NCBI GenBank assembly: GCA_964388445.1
Contig: CAYMAI010000006.1
Location: 24,182 to 88,181 of the forward strand
Source: an uncultured Planctomycetia bacterium
Lineage (GTDB): Bacteria > 4484-113 > JAGGVC01
Reading direction: 5' to 3'
Length of the DNA stretch: 64,000 nt
Of the stretch, positions 28,687 through 38,495 are shown one piece after another. Under the pieces are notes generated by a model, which was not told where the DNA came from, did no database searches, and worked only from the letters and a program-made list of their open reading frames with translations. Both the position numbers and the translations under genes were made by a program. How positions within the stretch are numbered: position 1 is the first letter of the stretch; every line of letters begins with the position of its first letter.

Positions 28687-30083
28687 TTTTCATCGCCGTC
28701 CTCTTTTTTATTCGCGGGATGAACCGCGACCACCGTTCTGGTTTTAATGGACAGATATTTTTTCGCGGCGGCTTGCACGCCGGCCGCGGTCACTTCGCCG
28801 ATTTGTTCGGGATAGCGCAAAAGATAGCGCCAGCCGCATACGGTTTCGGTCCAGCCGATGGCGGATGCGAGCCCGCCGTTCGATTGCGCCCCGTAAATTT
28901 CGCTCGCCAGAATCCGTTTCTTTGCGTTTTCCAGCTCCGTTTCTTCGATGCCGCCCGAAATAAGCGATTCGATTTCTTCGTAAATCGCTCTTTCCAATTC
29001 GCTTTGCAATCCGGGACCGGAAAAATCCGCCCGAATCGTGAATGCTCCGCCGAATTTGCGCTCGGAGTTGGAACTCGAAACGGACGTGGCGATTTTGTCG
29101 CGCCTGACAAGCCGCAGATACAGCCTGCCGCTCCTTCCGCCGGTAAGCGCTTCCGAAAGGACGTCGAGGGCGGCGGCGTCGATATGCCCGGCGCGAACCG
29201 TGGGCCAGGCGATGTAAACGAGCGGAGACGGCGACGGGTGGAAAAGCAAATCCCGTTTTTCTTCGTCCTGCGTAACTTCGAATTCGGAGGGCTGGTGAAA
29301 CGGACGGGCGGGAACGGGGAAAGCGCCGAATCTTTGCTTCACCATCGCGAAAACCTCGTCCGGTTCGACGTCGCCCGCGACGACGATGGTTGCGTTGTCC
29401 GGGTGGTAATACTCGTCGTAAAACCGGATAAGCATCGGCCGGTCGTAGCCCTGAATGTCGTCCATGTATCCGACGGTGGGATGACGATAGGGATGGCCGT
29501 CGAAAACGAGTTCCATAAGCCGCTGGTACGCCATTCCGCCGGGGTCGTCCTCGTTCCGCATCCGCCTCTCTTCGGCGACCGTGCCTTTTTCGCTTTCCAC
29601 TTTGTCTTCGGGAAAAGTGCATTCCCTCATCCGCTCGGCTTCGATGTCGAGAAATTTTTCCAGCGCGGACGACGGAATATTCACGAAATAGCGCGTGTAA
29701 TCAGTCCAAGTCGAAGCGTTTTTCTGGCCGCCCGCGCTTTGCACGAGACGGTCGACTTCGCGCGGCCCGAAAGACTTCGTGCCGAGGCTGTACATATGTT
29801 CCAGAAAGTGCGCAAGCCCGGTTTCGCCCGGCCTTTCGTGCGCGCTGCCGGTTTTGTACCAGATTTGAAGCGACAATATCGGCAGGTCGCGCCGGGGCAG
29901 CACGAGTAGGCCGAGGCCGTTTTCAAGCCGGTATTCATGTACGCCCGCAAAAACGGACTCGAACGCCTCCGCCGCGTGCGCGGAGCCGGAGTCGAAAAGC
30001 ATGACCGGCTTTGATTGCGAAATAATCGGCATAACCTGTATCAGCGCCGCAAAAAGCGCGGCAAGTAAAATACGTTTCTGCAT
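28683..30083 (-). CDS. M16 family zinc metallopeptidase (pitrilysin-type)
   Basis: Signal peptide. Inverted zinc motif GLAHFLEHM (HxxEH). Confidence 0.88.
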   Translation of the reverse strand: MQKRILLAALFAALIQVMPIISQSKPVMLFDSGSAHAAEAFESVFAGVHEYRLENGLGLLVLPRRDLPILSLQIWYKTGSAHERPGETGLAHFLEHMYSLGTKSFGPREVDRLVQSAGGQKNASTWTDYTRYFVNIPSSALEKFLDIEAERMRECTFPEDKVESEKGTVAEERRMRNEDDPGGMAYQRLMELVFDGHPYRHPTVGYMDDIQGYDRPMLIRFYDEYYHPDNATIVVAGDVEPDEVFAMVKQRFGAFPVPARPFHQPSEFEVTQDEEKRDLLFHPSPSPLVYIAWPTVRAGHIDAAALDVLSEALTGGRSGRLYLRLVRRDKIATSVSSSNSERKFGGAFTIRADFSGPGLQSELERAIYEEIESLISGGIEETELENAKKRILASEIYGAQSNGGLASAIGWTETVCGWRYLLRYPEQIGEVTAAGVQAAAKKYLSIKTRTVVAVHPANKKEDGDEK

Positions 30084-30153
30084 GTCTTGTCACAAAAGAA
30101 TATCAAATGACCACTTTTATACCTTGCAAGGGCGCGGCTTCCTTTTATCGGCG

Positions 30154-30585
30154 TCAGATTTTTACGTCGAGGGTTACGATTGTTCCCTTGTCGTATTCTT
30201 CGGTTACTTTCACGTAAACTTCCCGGAACTCGCCGCCGGTGAACGTTACGCCTTCGAGAATTCTGCTCGGATTGTCGCCGCTTTGATAGCCGCGGGTTTC
30301 GAGGTCGGCGATTATCATTTGGGCGATTTCCTGCGTACGAGGCGGATTTACGACATAGACCAAACGAACGGTCGTGCGCGTTTCGTCGAGCTCGATTATC
30401 GTGAATTCGGCAGGGAAATCGAAGTGCTTTTTTATTTTGTTCGGGACTTCGAATTTTGCGGTTTGGTCCGTTACGCCGGCAGCCGCGCCGTTGCCCGAAT
30501 CGCCGTTATTCGCGGGCGACGGGCAGGCGGCAAAGCAAAAACAGCCGCATAAAACGAATGCGAAGGCGATGAACTGCGCTCTCAT
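30154..30585 (-). CDS. small lipoprotein of unknown function
   Basis: MRAQFIAFAFVLCGCFCFAAC lipobox-like signal. Lies co-directionally after the RND permease gene. The start could be 30615. Confidence 0.6.
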   Translation of the reverse strand: MRAQFIAFAFVLCGCFCFAACPSPANNGDSGNGAAAGVTDQTAKFEVPNKIKKHFDFPAEFTIIELDETRTTVRLVYVVNPPRTQEIAQMIIADLETRGYQSGDNPSRILEGVTFTGGEFREVYVKVTEEYDKGTIVTLDVKI

Positions 30586-30641
30586 ACTTGTCACCGAAGT
30601 TATTTTACCGCGCATGCGTGACGAAAAACCGGAAGCCGCGT

Positions 30642-33600
30642 TTAATTTTGCGGCTGAACCGTTTCTTCGGTTTCCGCGGGGCGGCGCAGAACCCGGTTCG
30701 TCAAGTCGTCCGATATCATATATGCGACGGGGACGACGAATAGCGTTAGAAGCGTGGAGACCGCCATTCCGCCGATTATCGCCACGCCCATCGGGGCGCG
30801 GAAGCCGCCGCCCTCGCCGATGCCCATCGCGACCGGTACGAGCGCCATAATCGTGGTGAGCGCCGTCATAAGTATGGGGCGAAGCCGGGTTTTGCAGGCG
30901 GTTATAAGCGCTTCGAGCCTTTTAACGCCGCGGCCGCGAAGAATGTTCGTATAGTCTATGAGCAAAATCGCGTTTTTAGTGACGAGGCCGGTCAGCATTA
31001 CTATGCCCATAAAGCTCATCATGTCGAACGACGAGCCGGATATGAACAGCGCCAAAATCGCGCCGATAATTGCGAGCGGAAGCGTCAGCATAATGTTGAA
31101 CGGGTGGACTATGGAGTTGAATTCGCTGGCGAGCACCATGAAAACGAAGATAATGGCAAGAAGCATCGCTATTCCGAGCTGGGTGAGCATTTCGACGAAG
31201 AACTTCGCCTGTCCGGAAAATTCGATGTCGGTGCCGGGCGGAAGATCGGAGGATGCAACCGCGGAAAGAAAGTCGCGACGAATGTCGCCGACGCCGCGCG
31301 GGCTTTTCGGGTCGATGTTGCAGGTAAGGGTGACGCTAGCCGAGCGGTTGTATCTTTCTTGTTTTACTGCGCTCGGCCTTATCGAAACGTCGGCCATCGA
31401 CGCTACCGAAACGAATTTACCGAGCGCCGGACTCATAACCAGCAGGTTTTTGATTTTGTCCACGGAATCGGCTTGCTCCGGCGAAAGATAGAGCGTAATG
31501 TCGTATTCTTCGCCGAGTTCCCTGAATTTTCCGAGTTCAAGCCCTTCGATGTAGCCGCGAAGAGACGCGGCGAGCCCGACCGGCGTGAATCCGAGGTCGG
31601 CCACGCGTCCGAAATCGGGATTGATAACGAGTTCGAGTTTGCCCTTTTTGTTCGAGGCATCCACGTCCACGGCGCCTTCGATATCCTCGAGATTGGCTTT
31701 CAGAATTTCCGCGGCTCTTTCCAAACGTGCGGCGTCGGTATTCACGATGATAACCGAAAATGCCGCATCGCCGCCTTCCCCGCCGCCGGTCGAGACTTTG
31801 ATGAATGCGCCGGGAATGTCGGCGAATTTCGCGGTAAGCTCGTCCACGAGTTCGAACGAAGAGTAACTGCGCTCTTCGGCGGGTACGAGATTGAGAACCA
31901 GATTCGCCCTGTTTTTGCCGGAAGATGCGCCCATTCCGGCCTGCACTTCGCCGATGGACGCGACGCGAGCGCGAATTCCGTCGATTCCTTCGAGCCGCTT
32001 TTCGATTTCCATTACCGTTTTTTCGGTAGTTTCGAGGTCCACGTCGGGCGGAAGCTCAACGCTTATCGCGACTACGCCGGCGTCGAACCTTGGGAGGAAA
32101 CCGGAAGGCAGCGTGGCCGCGAGCGCCAAGCTGAGAACGAACGCCACGCTTGCCGTCACTAAAACGAAGCTTCTGCCGGTGAAATAGACGGCAAATCTCG
32201 AAACGCCGGCGATTTTTCGTTTATAGGAAAGAACCCAGTCGATTAGCCTGCCGTAAAACGCTTCCAATTTGAAGTAAAAAACGTCGAATTTCTTGCTCAA
32301 TATCCAGCGGGATTTTTGAATCTGCTCGAACGTCGTCGAAGCGGAGTATAGATAGCCCATTATCACCGGAATGAGCGTGAGCGCGACAAGGTTGCTGACG
32401 AGTATCGCGAAAGCCACGCCGAGGCCGAACTCGCGGAAAAACCGGCCGATGATTCCTTCCATGATGCCGATGGGAATGAAAACCGCGGCGATCGAGAGCG
32501 TGGCGGTGATGACGGCGAGCGTGATTTCGGACGCGCCGTCCGCCGCGGCCTGAAGCGGGGATTTGCCCATCTGCAAATGGCGGTAAATGTTTTCGGTAAC
32601 GACGATGGCGTCGTCAACCACGAGGCCCACCGCGACCGCGAGCGCCATCAGGCTCATGAAGTTGATCGTGAAGCCCGCGATTAGAAACAGCGTGAACGTC
32701 GAGATAATCGAAACCGGTATCGCGAGAACGATTGCGAGCGTGCTTCGGGAACTGCCCAAAAATATCAGGACGACAATGGCCGCGAGAAACGCGCCGATGT
32801 ATATAGTGAAGAAAATGTCGTTGACGGACGCCTCGATAAAACGGCTGTCGTCGGTGGCAAGGACTATCGTGACGTTTTCCGGCGCTTCCGCGGCAAGCTC
32901 GCCCATTTTCGCCTTTACGCTTTTCGCGACCTGCACCGTGTTCGTGCCGCTTTGTTTTTGTACGGCGATTGTGACGCCGCTGAGGCCGTTTATTCTGCCT
33001 TTGCTTTTCTGGCGCTTGCTGCCGTCCACCACTTTCGCGATTTCGGCGAGGCGCACGGAGCCGCCGTTAAACGCGACGAGCGTATTTTCGATCTGGTCGA
33101 GCGATGTGAACTGGCTGGCGACTTTTATCGACAGGCTTTGGCCGCCTTCGTCGAATTCGCCGGCGGGAAAGTCGAAGTTCGTGCCTGCGAGCGCGGAGGC
33201 GACAGCCTGCGGCCCGATGCCGAGACCTTCCATACGGGCGCGGTCGAGCTCGATTCTGATTTCGCGCTCCGCGCCGCCGATAAGCTCGACGTTCGCAACG
33301 CCTTCGATTCGGCTAAGCTGGGTGCGAATTCGTTTGTCCACGTAGTCGCGCAGCTGGATTTCGTTCATCCCTTTCGCGCTTACGCCGTAATATACGATCG
33401 GCTCGGCGTTGAAATCGAGCCGCGAAACGACAGGCTCTTCCGCGTCGGAAGGGAACTCGTTCTTGATTAACCCGATTTTTTCGCGCACTTCTTGAGCCGC
33501 GTCGGATATGTCCTTTTCGAGAACGAACCTTACGATGACGAGAGACATTCCTTCGGCGGAATTGCTCGTTAGCTCTTCGATTCCGTCAATGCTCGAAAGC

Positions 33601-33809
33601 GCGTCTTCGACGCGTTTCGTGATTAATGTCTCGACTTCGGCGGGACCCGCGCCGGGATAGACCGTGATAATGGTCACCACGGGGAAATCGACGCGCGGAA
33701 ACATATCGAGGTTCAGCTTCGAGCGCGACGTGATGCCGACCACGAGGAAAAAACCGAGAAGCATAATCGCGAAGACCGGCCGGCCGATCGCGATTTTGGA
33801 AACGTTCAC
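30642..33809 (-). CDS. efflux RND transporter permease (AcrB/HAE family)
   Basis: 1055 aa and 12-TM architecture. N-terminal IGRPVFAIMLLGFFLVVG plus DDAIVVTENIYRH. Overlaps the MFP gene by 4 nt. Confidence 0.93.
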   Translation of the reverse strand: MNVSKIAIGRPVFAIMLLGFFLVVGITSRSKLNLDMFPRVDFPVVTIITVYPGAGPAEVETLITKRVEDALSSIDGIEELTSNSAEGMSLVIVRFVLEKDISDAAQEVREKIGLIKNEFPSDAEEPVVSRLDFNAEPIVYYGVSAKGMNEIQLRDYVDKRIRTQLSRIEGVANVELIGGAEREIRIELDRARMEGLGIGPQAVASALAGTNFDFPAGEFDEGGQSLSIKVASQFTSLDQIENTLVAFNGGSVRLAEIAKVVDGSKRQKSKGRINGLSGVTIAVQKQSGTNTVQVAKSVKAKMGELAAEAPENVTIVLATDDSRFIEASVNDIFFTIYIGAFLAAIVVLIFLGSSRSTLAIVLAIPVSIISTFTLFLIAGFTINFMSLMALAVAVGLVVDDAIVVTENIYRHLQMGKSPLQAAADGASEITLAVITATLSIAAVFIPIGIMEGIIGRFFREFGLGVAFAILVSNLVALTLIPVIMGYLYSASTTFEQIQKSRWILSKKFDVFYFKLEAFYGRLIDWVLSYKRKIAGVSRFAVYFTGRSFVLVTASVAFVLSLALAATLPSGFLPRFDAGVVAISVELPPDVDLETTEKTVMEIEKRLEGIDGIRARVASIGEVQAGMGASSGKNRANLVLNLVPAEERSYSSFELVDELTAKFADIPGAFIKVSTGGGEGGDAAFSVIIVNTDAARLERAAEILKANLEDIEGAVDVDASNKKGKLELVINPDFGRVADLGFTPVGLAASLRGYIEGLELGKFRELGEEYDITLYLSPEQADSVDKIKNLLVMSPALGKFVSVASMADVSIRPSAVKQERYNRSASVTLTCNIDPKSPRGVGDIRRDFLSAVASSDLPPGTDIEFSGQAKFFVEMLTQLGIAMLLAIIFVFMVLASEFNSIVHPFNIMLTLPLAIIGAILALFISGSSFDMMSFMGIVMLTGLVTKNAILLIDYTNILRGRGVKRLEALITACKTRLRPILMTALTTIMALVPVAMGIGEGGGFRAPMGVAIIGGMAVSTLLTLFVVPVAYMISDDLTNRVLRRPAETEETVQPQN

Positions 33810-35074
33810 TTGGCCGCTCCGTTAAAATCGCGAACTTCGTACTTGCCGCCTTCGTCAACCATCGTCTGGCCGGTTATGAGTACTTTTTCCGCTCCGGTCA
33901 AGCCTTCCAGAATTTCGAATTTCTCGCGGCTGGACGCGCCGAGCTTTACCGGCCGCATCGCGACGCTTCCGTTTTCGGAAATCCAAACGTAAGGACTTTT
34001 ATCCGGCGAAAGCACGCACTTGCGGGGAATCGTCAGTGTTTCGCCCGTGAGCGCGGTCGTAAAACTTACTTCCGCGATTCCGCCCACTATCATTTCCACG
34101 GAACCGACAGGAACCACTTCGACTTTGCCCATCCGAGTCATCGCGCTTACCGCGGGATGAACCTTGAGGATTTTCGCCTCGAGAGTTCGCCCGCCGATCG
34201 AAAGAACGATTTCGCGCGCCTGCGAAACCTGAGATATCAGCGTCGCCGGAACTTCTATTTCCACCTTGCGCGGCCCGGCGCCGATTACTTCGAATACCGA
34301 TTCGCCGACGCCGGCGAATTCGCCGATATCGAGCAGCCTTTGATTTATCACTCCGTCGAATGGCGCGGAAATCGAAGCGTGCGCAAGCGTTGCGCTCAGC
34401 GATTTCACCTGGCTTTCGGCGGCGGCGACCGAGGCTTTGGCGATTTCCAAGTCTTCTTTGCGCGCACCTTTCTCGGCCATTTCGAGCGAAAGCCTGTAGG
34501 TTTCCATCGCCGCCTTGGCCGCGTCGCGCAGAGCCCTGGCTTCGTCGAGCCGGCTTTGCGGGGCGGCGCCGTCTTTAAACAGCTTTTCGAGCCGGGCGTA
34601 GCCGTCTTGCGCGCTCTTGAAAGCGGTTTCGGCGGCGGCGAGCTGTTCTTTCAATTGCCCGATTTCTTCCGGCCGTGCGCCCTTTCCCGCCACTTCGAGT
34701 TGCAGCTTCGCGCTTTTCAGCATGTTCGCCGCTTGCTCGCGCTGTGCGGCCAGCGAACTTGCGTCGAGACGCATGAGCACTTGGCCCTTTTTCACTTCGT
34801 CGCCGACGTCCGCCAGAACCGCCGTAACCTTTCCGCCGATCGCGGACGCAACCATGCTGCGCCTCTCCGCGGTTATCGTGCCGGTCAAAGTTACGGTTTC
34901 CGAAACGATTTCCCGGACAGGAGACACAACTTCGACCACCATCAACCGCTCTTCGCCGCCGGAATCCTTTTTGCCCATACAGCCGGAAACCGCAAGCGGA
35001 AGAAGAACTGCAATGGCGGTCAAAACCGCTTTGGCCGGCGCGCTAAACGCGCCGGTTGTTTTTTTGGATTTCAT
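33806..35074 (-). CDS. efflux RND periplasmic adaptor (HlyD/MFP family)
   Basis: Lipobox AVSGC. Lipoyl-like hairpin GDEVKKGQVLMRLD, coiled coil and beta-barrel domains. Confidence 0.9.
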   Translation of the reverse strand: MKSKKTTGAFSAPAKAVLTAIAVLLPLAVSGCMGKKDSGGEERLMVVEVVSPVREIVSETVTLTGTITAERRSMVASAIGGKVTAVLADVGDEVKKGQVLMRLDASSLAAQREQAANMLKSAKLQLEVAGKGARPEEIGQLKEQLAAAETAFKSAQDGYARLEKLFKDGAAPQSRLDEARALRDAAKAAMETYRLSLEMAEKGARKEDLEIAKASVAAAESQVKSLSATLAHASISAPFDGVINQRLLDIGEFAGVGESVFEVIGAGPRKVEIEVPATLISQVSQAREIVLSIGGRTLEAKILKVHPAVSAMTRMGKVEVVPVGSVEMIVGGIAEVSFTTALTGETLTIPRKCVLSPDKSPYVWISENGSVAMRPVKLGASSREKFEILEGLTGAEKVLITGQTMVDEGGKYEVRDFNGAAK

Positions 35075-35076
35075 CG

Positions 35077-36576
35077 CTAGCCGTCCGTTTCGCCGCCTTC
35101 CGGCGCGAAAAGCTCCTTTAATATCTCGCCGCCGCCGGGTATCGGCGCGCGGGTTTCCTCCGAAATCGTCACAATCGCGGACTCGCCGTATCTTTCATAG
35201 CCGATAGCCTTGCGAATGGCGTCGTAAGCGAGGTATATGGCAACTTTCTTTGAAAACAGGTTGAAATCCGCGCTTAAATATCGCGTCCTGCTGTCCATAA
35301 GTTCGAGACTTGTCGTAATTCCCTCCCGATAACCTATCGTGGCGATTTTCAATCCTTCGCTCGCCGCGTCGAGAGTTTTCTTTGCGGTTTCATAGGTAAG
35401 AAGAGCAACCTCGAGGTCGTTCGCGAGCACGTCGAGCTGGTTCATATACGCCTGGGAAAATTCGTTACGCTTTATCGAAAGTATGTTTCGCTGAACTTCC
35501 AGCTGCTCGATGCGGTTTTTGGCTTCGCCGCTGTCGAAAATCCGGAAGTTTAGATTGACGCCCAGCGAATATGAATTCGGCTCTTGAAATGCGCTGCCGT
35601 CTTGGCCTTGCCACGAGGCGAACCCGGAAAGAACCGGGAAGTTTTTGTTCGCTTTCGCCTGATGTTCGAGCGAGTCAATCGAAAACGATAGCTGCCTGAA
35701 CGTATACGAGGTTTCGACGAACGCGTCGGGGAAACCGGGCATTTCCGTGCCGGCGATTTCCGCAATCACGTTCGAGATATCGTCAACCGGGCCTGGTTCG
35801 AGTGTAAGTTCGTCCGGCCCGCCCGCAAGCCCCATCGAGAGATAGAGAGCCTTGAGCGAGTTTCTGGCGGCGTATTTCGACTCCTCCAGATTTTCTTTCG
35901 CAAGCGATACCTGTACTTCCGCCTGAACCACTTCAAACCAAGGGGCAACTTTGTTTTCGTATCTGAGCAGCGCATGGCGGTGTTGCTCTTCGGCAAGCTC
36001 ATGCGATTTTCCGGCGACTTCGACGGCTCGCTGGGCGAGAAGCGCATTCATATATGCGCCGGTGACGGCGAACCGGACGTCGTCGGCGAGCGCGAGAAGT
36101 TCTTCGCGGCGGGCGTTAAGCTCGGACGAAATCGCTTTGTCGATTATCGGCGTGTTCAGCGCATAGGAAGCGGACAGCCGGGCGCCCCAGGTGGTTTGAA
36201 CGTGCTCGTTCGAAGCTCCGCCGCCTCCGCTTTCGGGCGGATCCGCGCCTATTTTCTCCCAAAAGTCCGGGGGGAAAAGATTGTCGAATTCGAAAGCGCC
36301 GGACACCGGCGTCGTATAGGTTGAGCCGGCGTTTAAATCAAGCTTAGGCATAACCGAAATGGCTATGGCGTCGGCTTGCAGAAGAACGCCCTTCAATTCT
36401 TCGCGTTTGGCGCCAAGCCCGTAATTTCTTTCCAAACCGAGCTTGATGCACTCGTCGAGCGTGGCAGTCATCCCCGCGAAATCGTCGGACTTCGCGGGGG
36501 CGGCCCAGAGCAAGAGGAGCGCGGCAAAAACTTTGAAAATCGCGGCAATATGCCGTTTGGCGGCGGCGGATTTCAT
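35077..36576 (-). CDS. TolC family outer membrane efflux protein
   Basis: Signal peptide, two repeated TolC halves, first gene after the TetR gene. SD AAGGAG precedes the ATG at 36576, which I prefer to 36600. Confidence 0.85.
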   Translation of the reverse strand: MKSAAAKRHIAAIFKVFAALLLLWAAPAKSDDFAGMTATLDECIKLGLERNYGLGAKREELKGVLLQADAIAISVMPKLDLNAGSTYTTPVSGAFEFDNLFPPDFWEKIGADPPESGGGGASNEHVQTTWGARLSASYALNTPIIDKAISSELNARREELLALADDVRFAVTGAYMNALLAQRAVEVAGKSHELAEEQHRHALLRYENKVAPWFEVVQAEVQVSLAKENLEESKYAARNSLKALYLSMGLAGGPDELTLEPGPVDDISNVIAEIAGTEMPGFPDAFVETSYTFRQLSFSIDSLEHQAKANKNFPVLSGFASWQGQDGSAFQEPNSYSLGVNLNFRIFDSGEAKNRIEQLEVQRNILSIKRNEFSQAYMNQLDVLANDLEVALLTYETAKKTLDAASEGLKIATIGYREGITTSLELMDSRTRYLSADFNLFSKKVAIYLAYDAIRKAIGYERYGESAIVTISEETRAPIPGGGEILKELFAPEGGETDG

Positions 36577-36578
36577 TC

Positions 36579-37256
36579 TTAAATAGTCTCCTTGAGCCAT
36601 TCGTGATGCGGAAGCACCACGTCAACGAGAAAGCGGGCGTACTTTTCAGGCGGATATTCCTTTCTGAAATCTTCCGAATCCGGGCGGGAGATATAGCCCA
36701 TCATCGCATCGAGAATTACTTCGGCAAGTAGGTCGAGCGAGCGTTTCAAGGAGCCTTTGCCTACGCGCTCTGCGATTGCGTTCAACAGCTCAAGCACGAA
36801 CTCGCGATGAGAATCGCGAAGCGCGATCATCCGCGATTTGTATTCGTCCGGCAGCATCGCCATCATATGGTTCGCTCCGACGACGCACGAACGGTATTCG
36901 GAATAGATGCCCAGCCAAAGCTGAACGGCAACCCGAAAACGCATCATCGGAGATGTCAGGCCGACGAGACTGAGCTCGATTTGCTCCTGGAACTTGGCGT
37001 CGAAAAACTCGACCGCGCTTACTATCAAGTCGGTCTTGTCCTTGAAGTATAGATATATCGTGCCTTTTGCGAGCTTTGCCCGCTCGGCAATGTCCTCGAG
37101 CTTTGTCGAATGATAATCGCCGCGGGAAAAAATTTCCGCGGCGGCATGCAGCAGACGCTCTTTCGTGCCTTGCGCCTCCGAAATCGAATCTGCGCGACTT
37201 GCCGCGAGCGGCGGGGAGTCGCCATGCGCGACGCCGCCTTCGCCCAAGTGATACAT
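36579..37256 (-). CDS. TetR/AcrR family transcriptional regulator
   Basis: HTH region LLHAAAEIFSRGDYHSTKLEDIAERAKLAKGTIYLYFKDK. SD AAGGAGA lies 6 nt upstream of the ATG at 37256; the ORF-track TTG at 37280 contains that SD. Confidence 0.88.
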   Translation of the reverse strand: MYHLGEGGVAHGDSPPLAASRADSISEAQGTKERLLHAAAEIFSRGDYHSTKLEDIAERAKLAKGTIYLYFKDKTDLIVSAVEFFDAKFQEQIELSLVGLTSPMMRFRVAVQLWLGIYSEYRSCVVGANHMMAMLPDEYKSRMIALRDSHREFVLELLNAIAERVGKGSLKRSLDLLAEVILDAMMGYISRPDSEDFRKEYPPEKYARFLVDVVLPHHEWLKETI

Positions 37257-37295
37257 ATACCGTCTCCTTGCCTTACCCAATCACCCAAACCGAAA

Positions 37296-37311
37296 CTGAC
37301 CGGCTGGTCAG
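37296..37311 (-). promoter_or_regulatory. candidate TetR operator
   Basis: Inverted repeat CTGACC-GGCT-GGTCAG, 40-55 nt upstream of the TetR ATG. On the minus strand it lies just downstream of a TAGTATTAA -10-like element. Confidence 0.45.
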
Positions 37312-37445
37312 CAGAAGTTAATACTAGCATTACCACGAAAACGGCGGGTTTTCCACCGCAGTTACGGGGATTTCCCGAAATTGTTAAAGCCGTCACAAAA
37401 TCCGGCTCATTTACTTCGTTGCCGCCTTTCAGGAAATGCCTAAGG

Positions 37446-38495
37446 TCATTCTTCGCCCGGCAAAAATCGCAGGTCTTCGAAGTTGATTTCGGTTCTAGAT
37501 TCCGAAGTAACTTTGTAGTAACCTTCGGTGTAGTGCAGATTGACAAGCCCGGACAGAATGTTCATTCCCTCGCCGGATATTTCCACCCCGCCGGACAGCG
37601 TCATTTTGCCGGATTTTTCCGCCATTTCGAGCGCATCGCAAACGAATTCGCCGCGCTCGCCGCTTTCCGCAATAAACCAGCCGCGCACGCGCAAGCCCGA
37701 GCGGGAGTGCATCGACAAAATATTTTCGCCCGCGTGGGAGGCGAATTCGATTTCCGGCGCGGATATTTCTGCGTTGCCCGTTGAAATCGTCACATTTTCC
37801 GCGGCGCCTTGGGCGGGAAATTGGCCGTCTTCGATAATGCCGAAGAGGTTTTCCCCGGCGAGTTCGGCGATTCGGCCGTGAAAGGGATTTTCCATGTCCG
37901 CAATGAACGTCAGCGGCAATTCCCCGGAGAACTCACCTTCGATTTGGATAAATCCGGTGTCGGGGAAATAAAACAGCTCGCCGCACTCGATTTTCGCGTC
38001 GCGTTCGGCAGCCAGCGATACGCCGCCCGAAAACGCGAGTTTGGAACCTGGGCGTCCCGCGCCGAAGAACGTCGCGACATTCGAAGCGATAGCGAGTTTC
38101 GGGTCTTGCGACTCGATTCTGACGGCGCCTTCCGCGACCAAAATTCCGGCGTCTTCGTCGTATTTCAAAGAACGGCAAAAAATCGTGCGGTCTTCGAAAT
38201 CCGCACGGACGGCGCCGCTCAGTTCGAACGAGAGCGGCGGCCGGACGAGCCTGGCTTTTTCGGCGGTTGCTTTGATGCCGCCGCCCCAGGAGATTGCAAT
38301 TCCGCCTTTTCCCTCGCCGGTTACGCGGCCCGATTCGTATTCCCAAATCCAGTCGCCGCCCGTAATCCGCACCGGCGCGTCGGGCCTTTCGAACTCCAAT
38401 GATTGCGCAGAAAACGCTGGCCGCACGGCGGCCGCATAAAGCAGTGCAAATGCTGAAATTGCGAAAAAAGCCCGGCTATTCGTAAAGAAGCACAT
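37446..38495 (-). CDS. secreted beta-rich protein of unknown function (possibly OstA/LptA-like repeats)
   Basis: Signal peptide ...AAVRPAFSA. Gly/Glu-rich alternating pattern. Start overlaps the stop of the NYN gene by 20 nt. Confidence 0.65.
   Translation of the reverse strand: MCFFTNSRAFFAISAFALLYAAAVRPAFSAQSLEFERPDAPVRITGGDWIWEYESGRVTGEGKGGIAISWGGGIKATAEKARLVRPPLSFELSGAVRADFEDRTIFCRSLKYDEDAGILVAEGAVRIESQDPKLAIASNVATFFGAGRPGSKLAFSGGVSLAAERDAKIECGELFYFPDTGFIQIEGEFSGELPLTFIADMENPFHGRIAELAGENLFGIIEDGQFPAQGAAENVTISTGNAEISAPEIEFASHAGENILSMHSRSGLRVRGWFIAESGERGEFVCDALEMAEKSGKMTLSGGVEISGEGMNILSGLVNLHYTEGYYKVTSESRTEINFEDLRFLPGEE

Noticed and set aside
28653-29909. Long ORFs antisense to well-supported genes: 28653..29909(+), 31104..32162(+), 41823..42797(+), 46526..47710(+), 49444..50355(+), 54579..55343(+), 59111..60034(+), 26158..27111(-), 19690..20538(-).
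   Set aside because: Each mirrors a gene with strong family motifs on the other strand. The translations are Arg/His/Phe-rich low-complexity sequences without recognisable motifs or SD sequences. These are typical shadow ORFs of GC-rich DNA.
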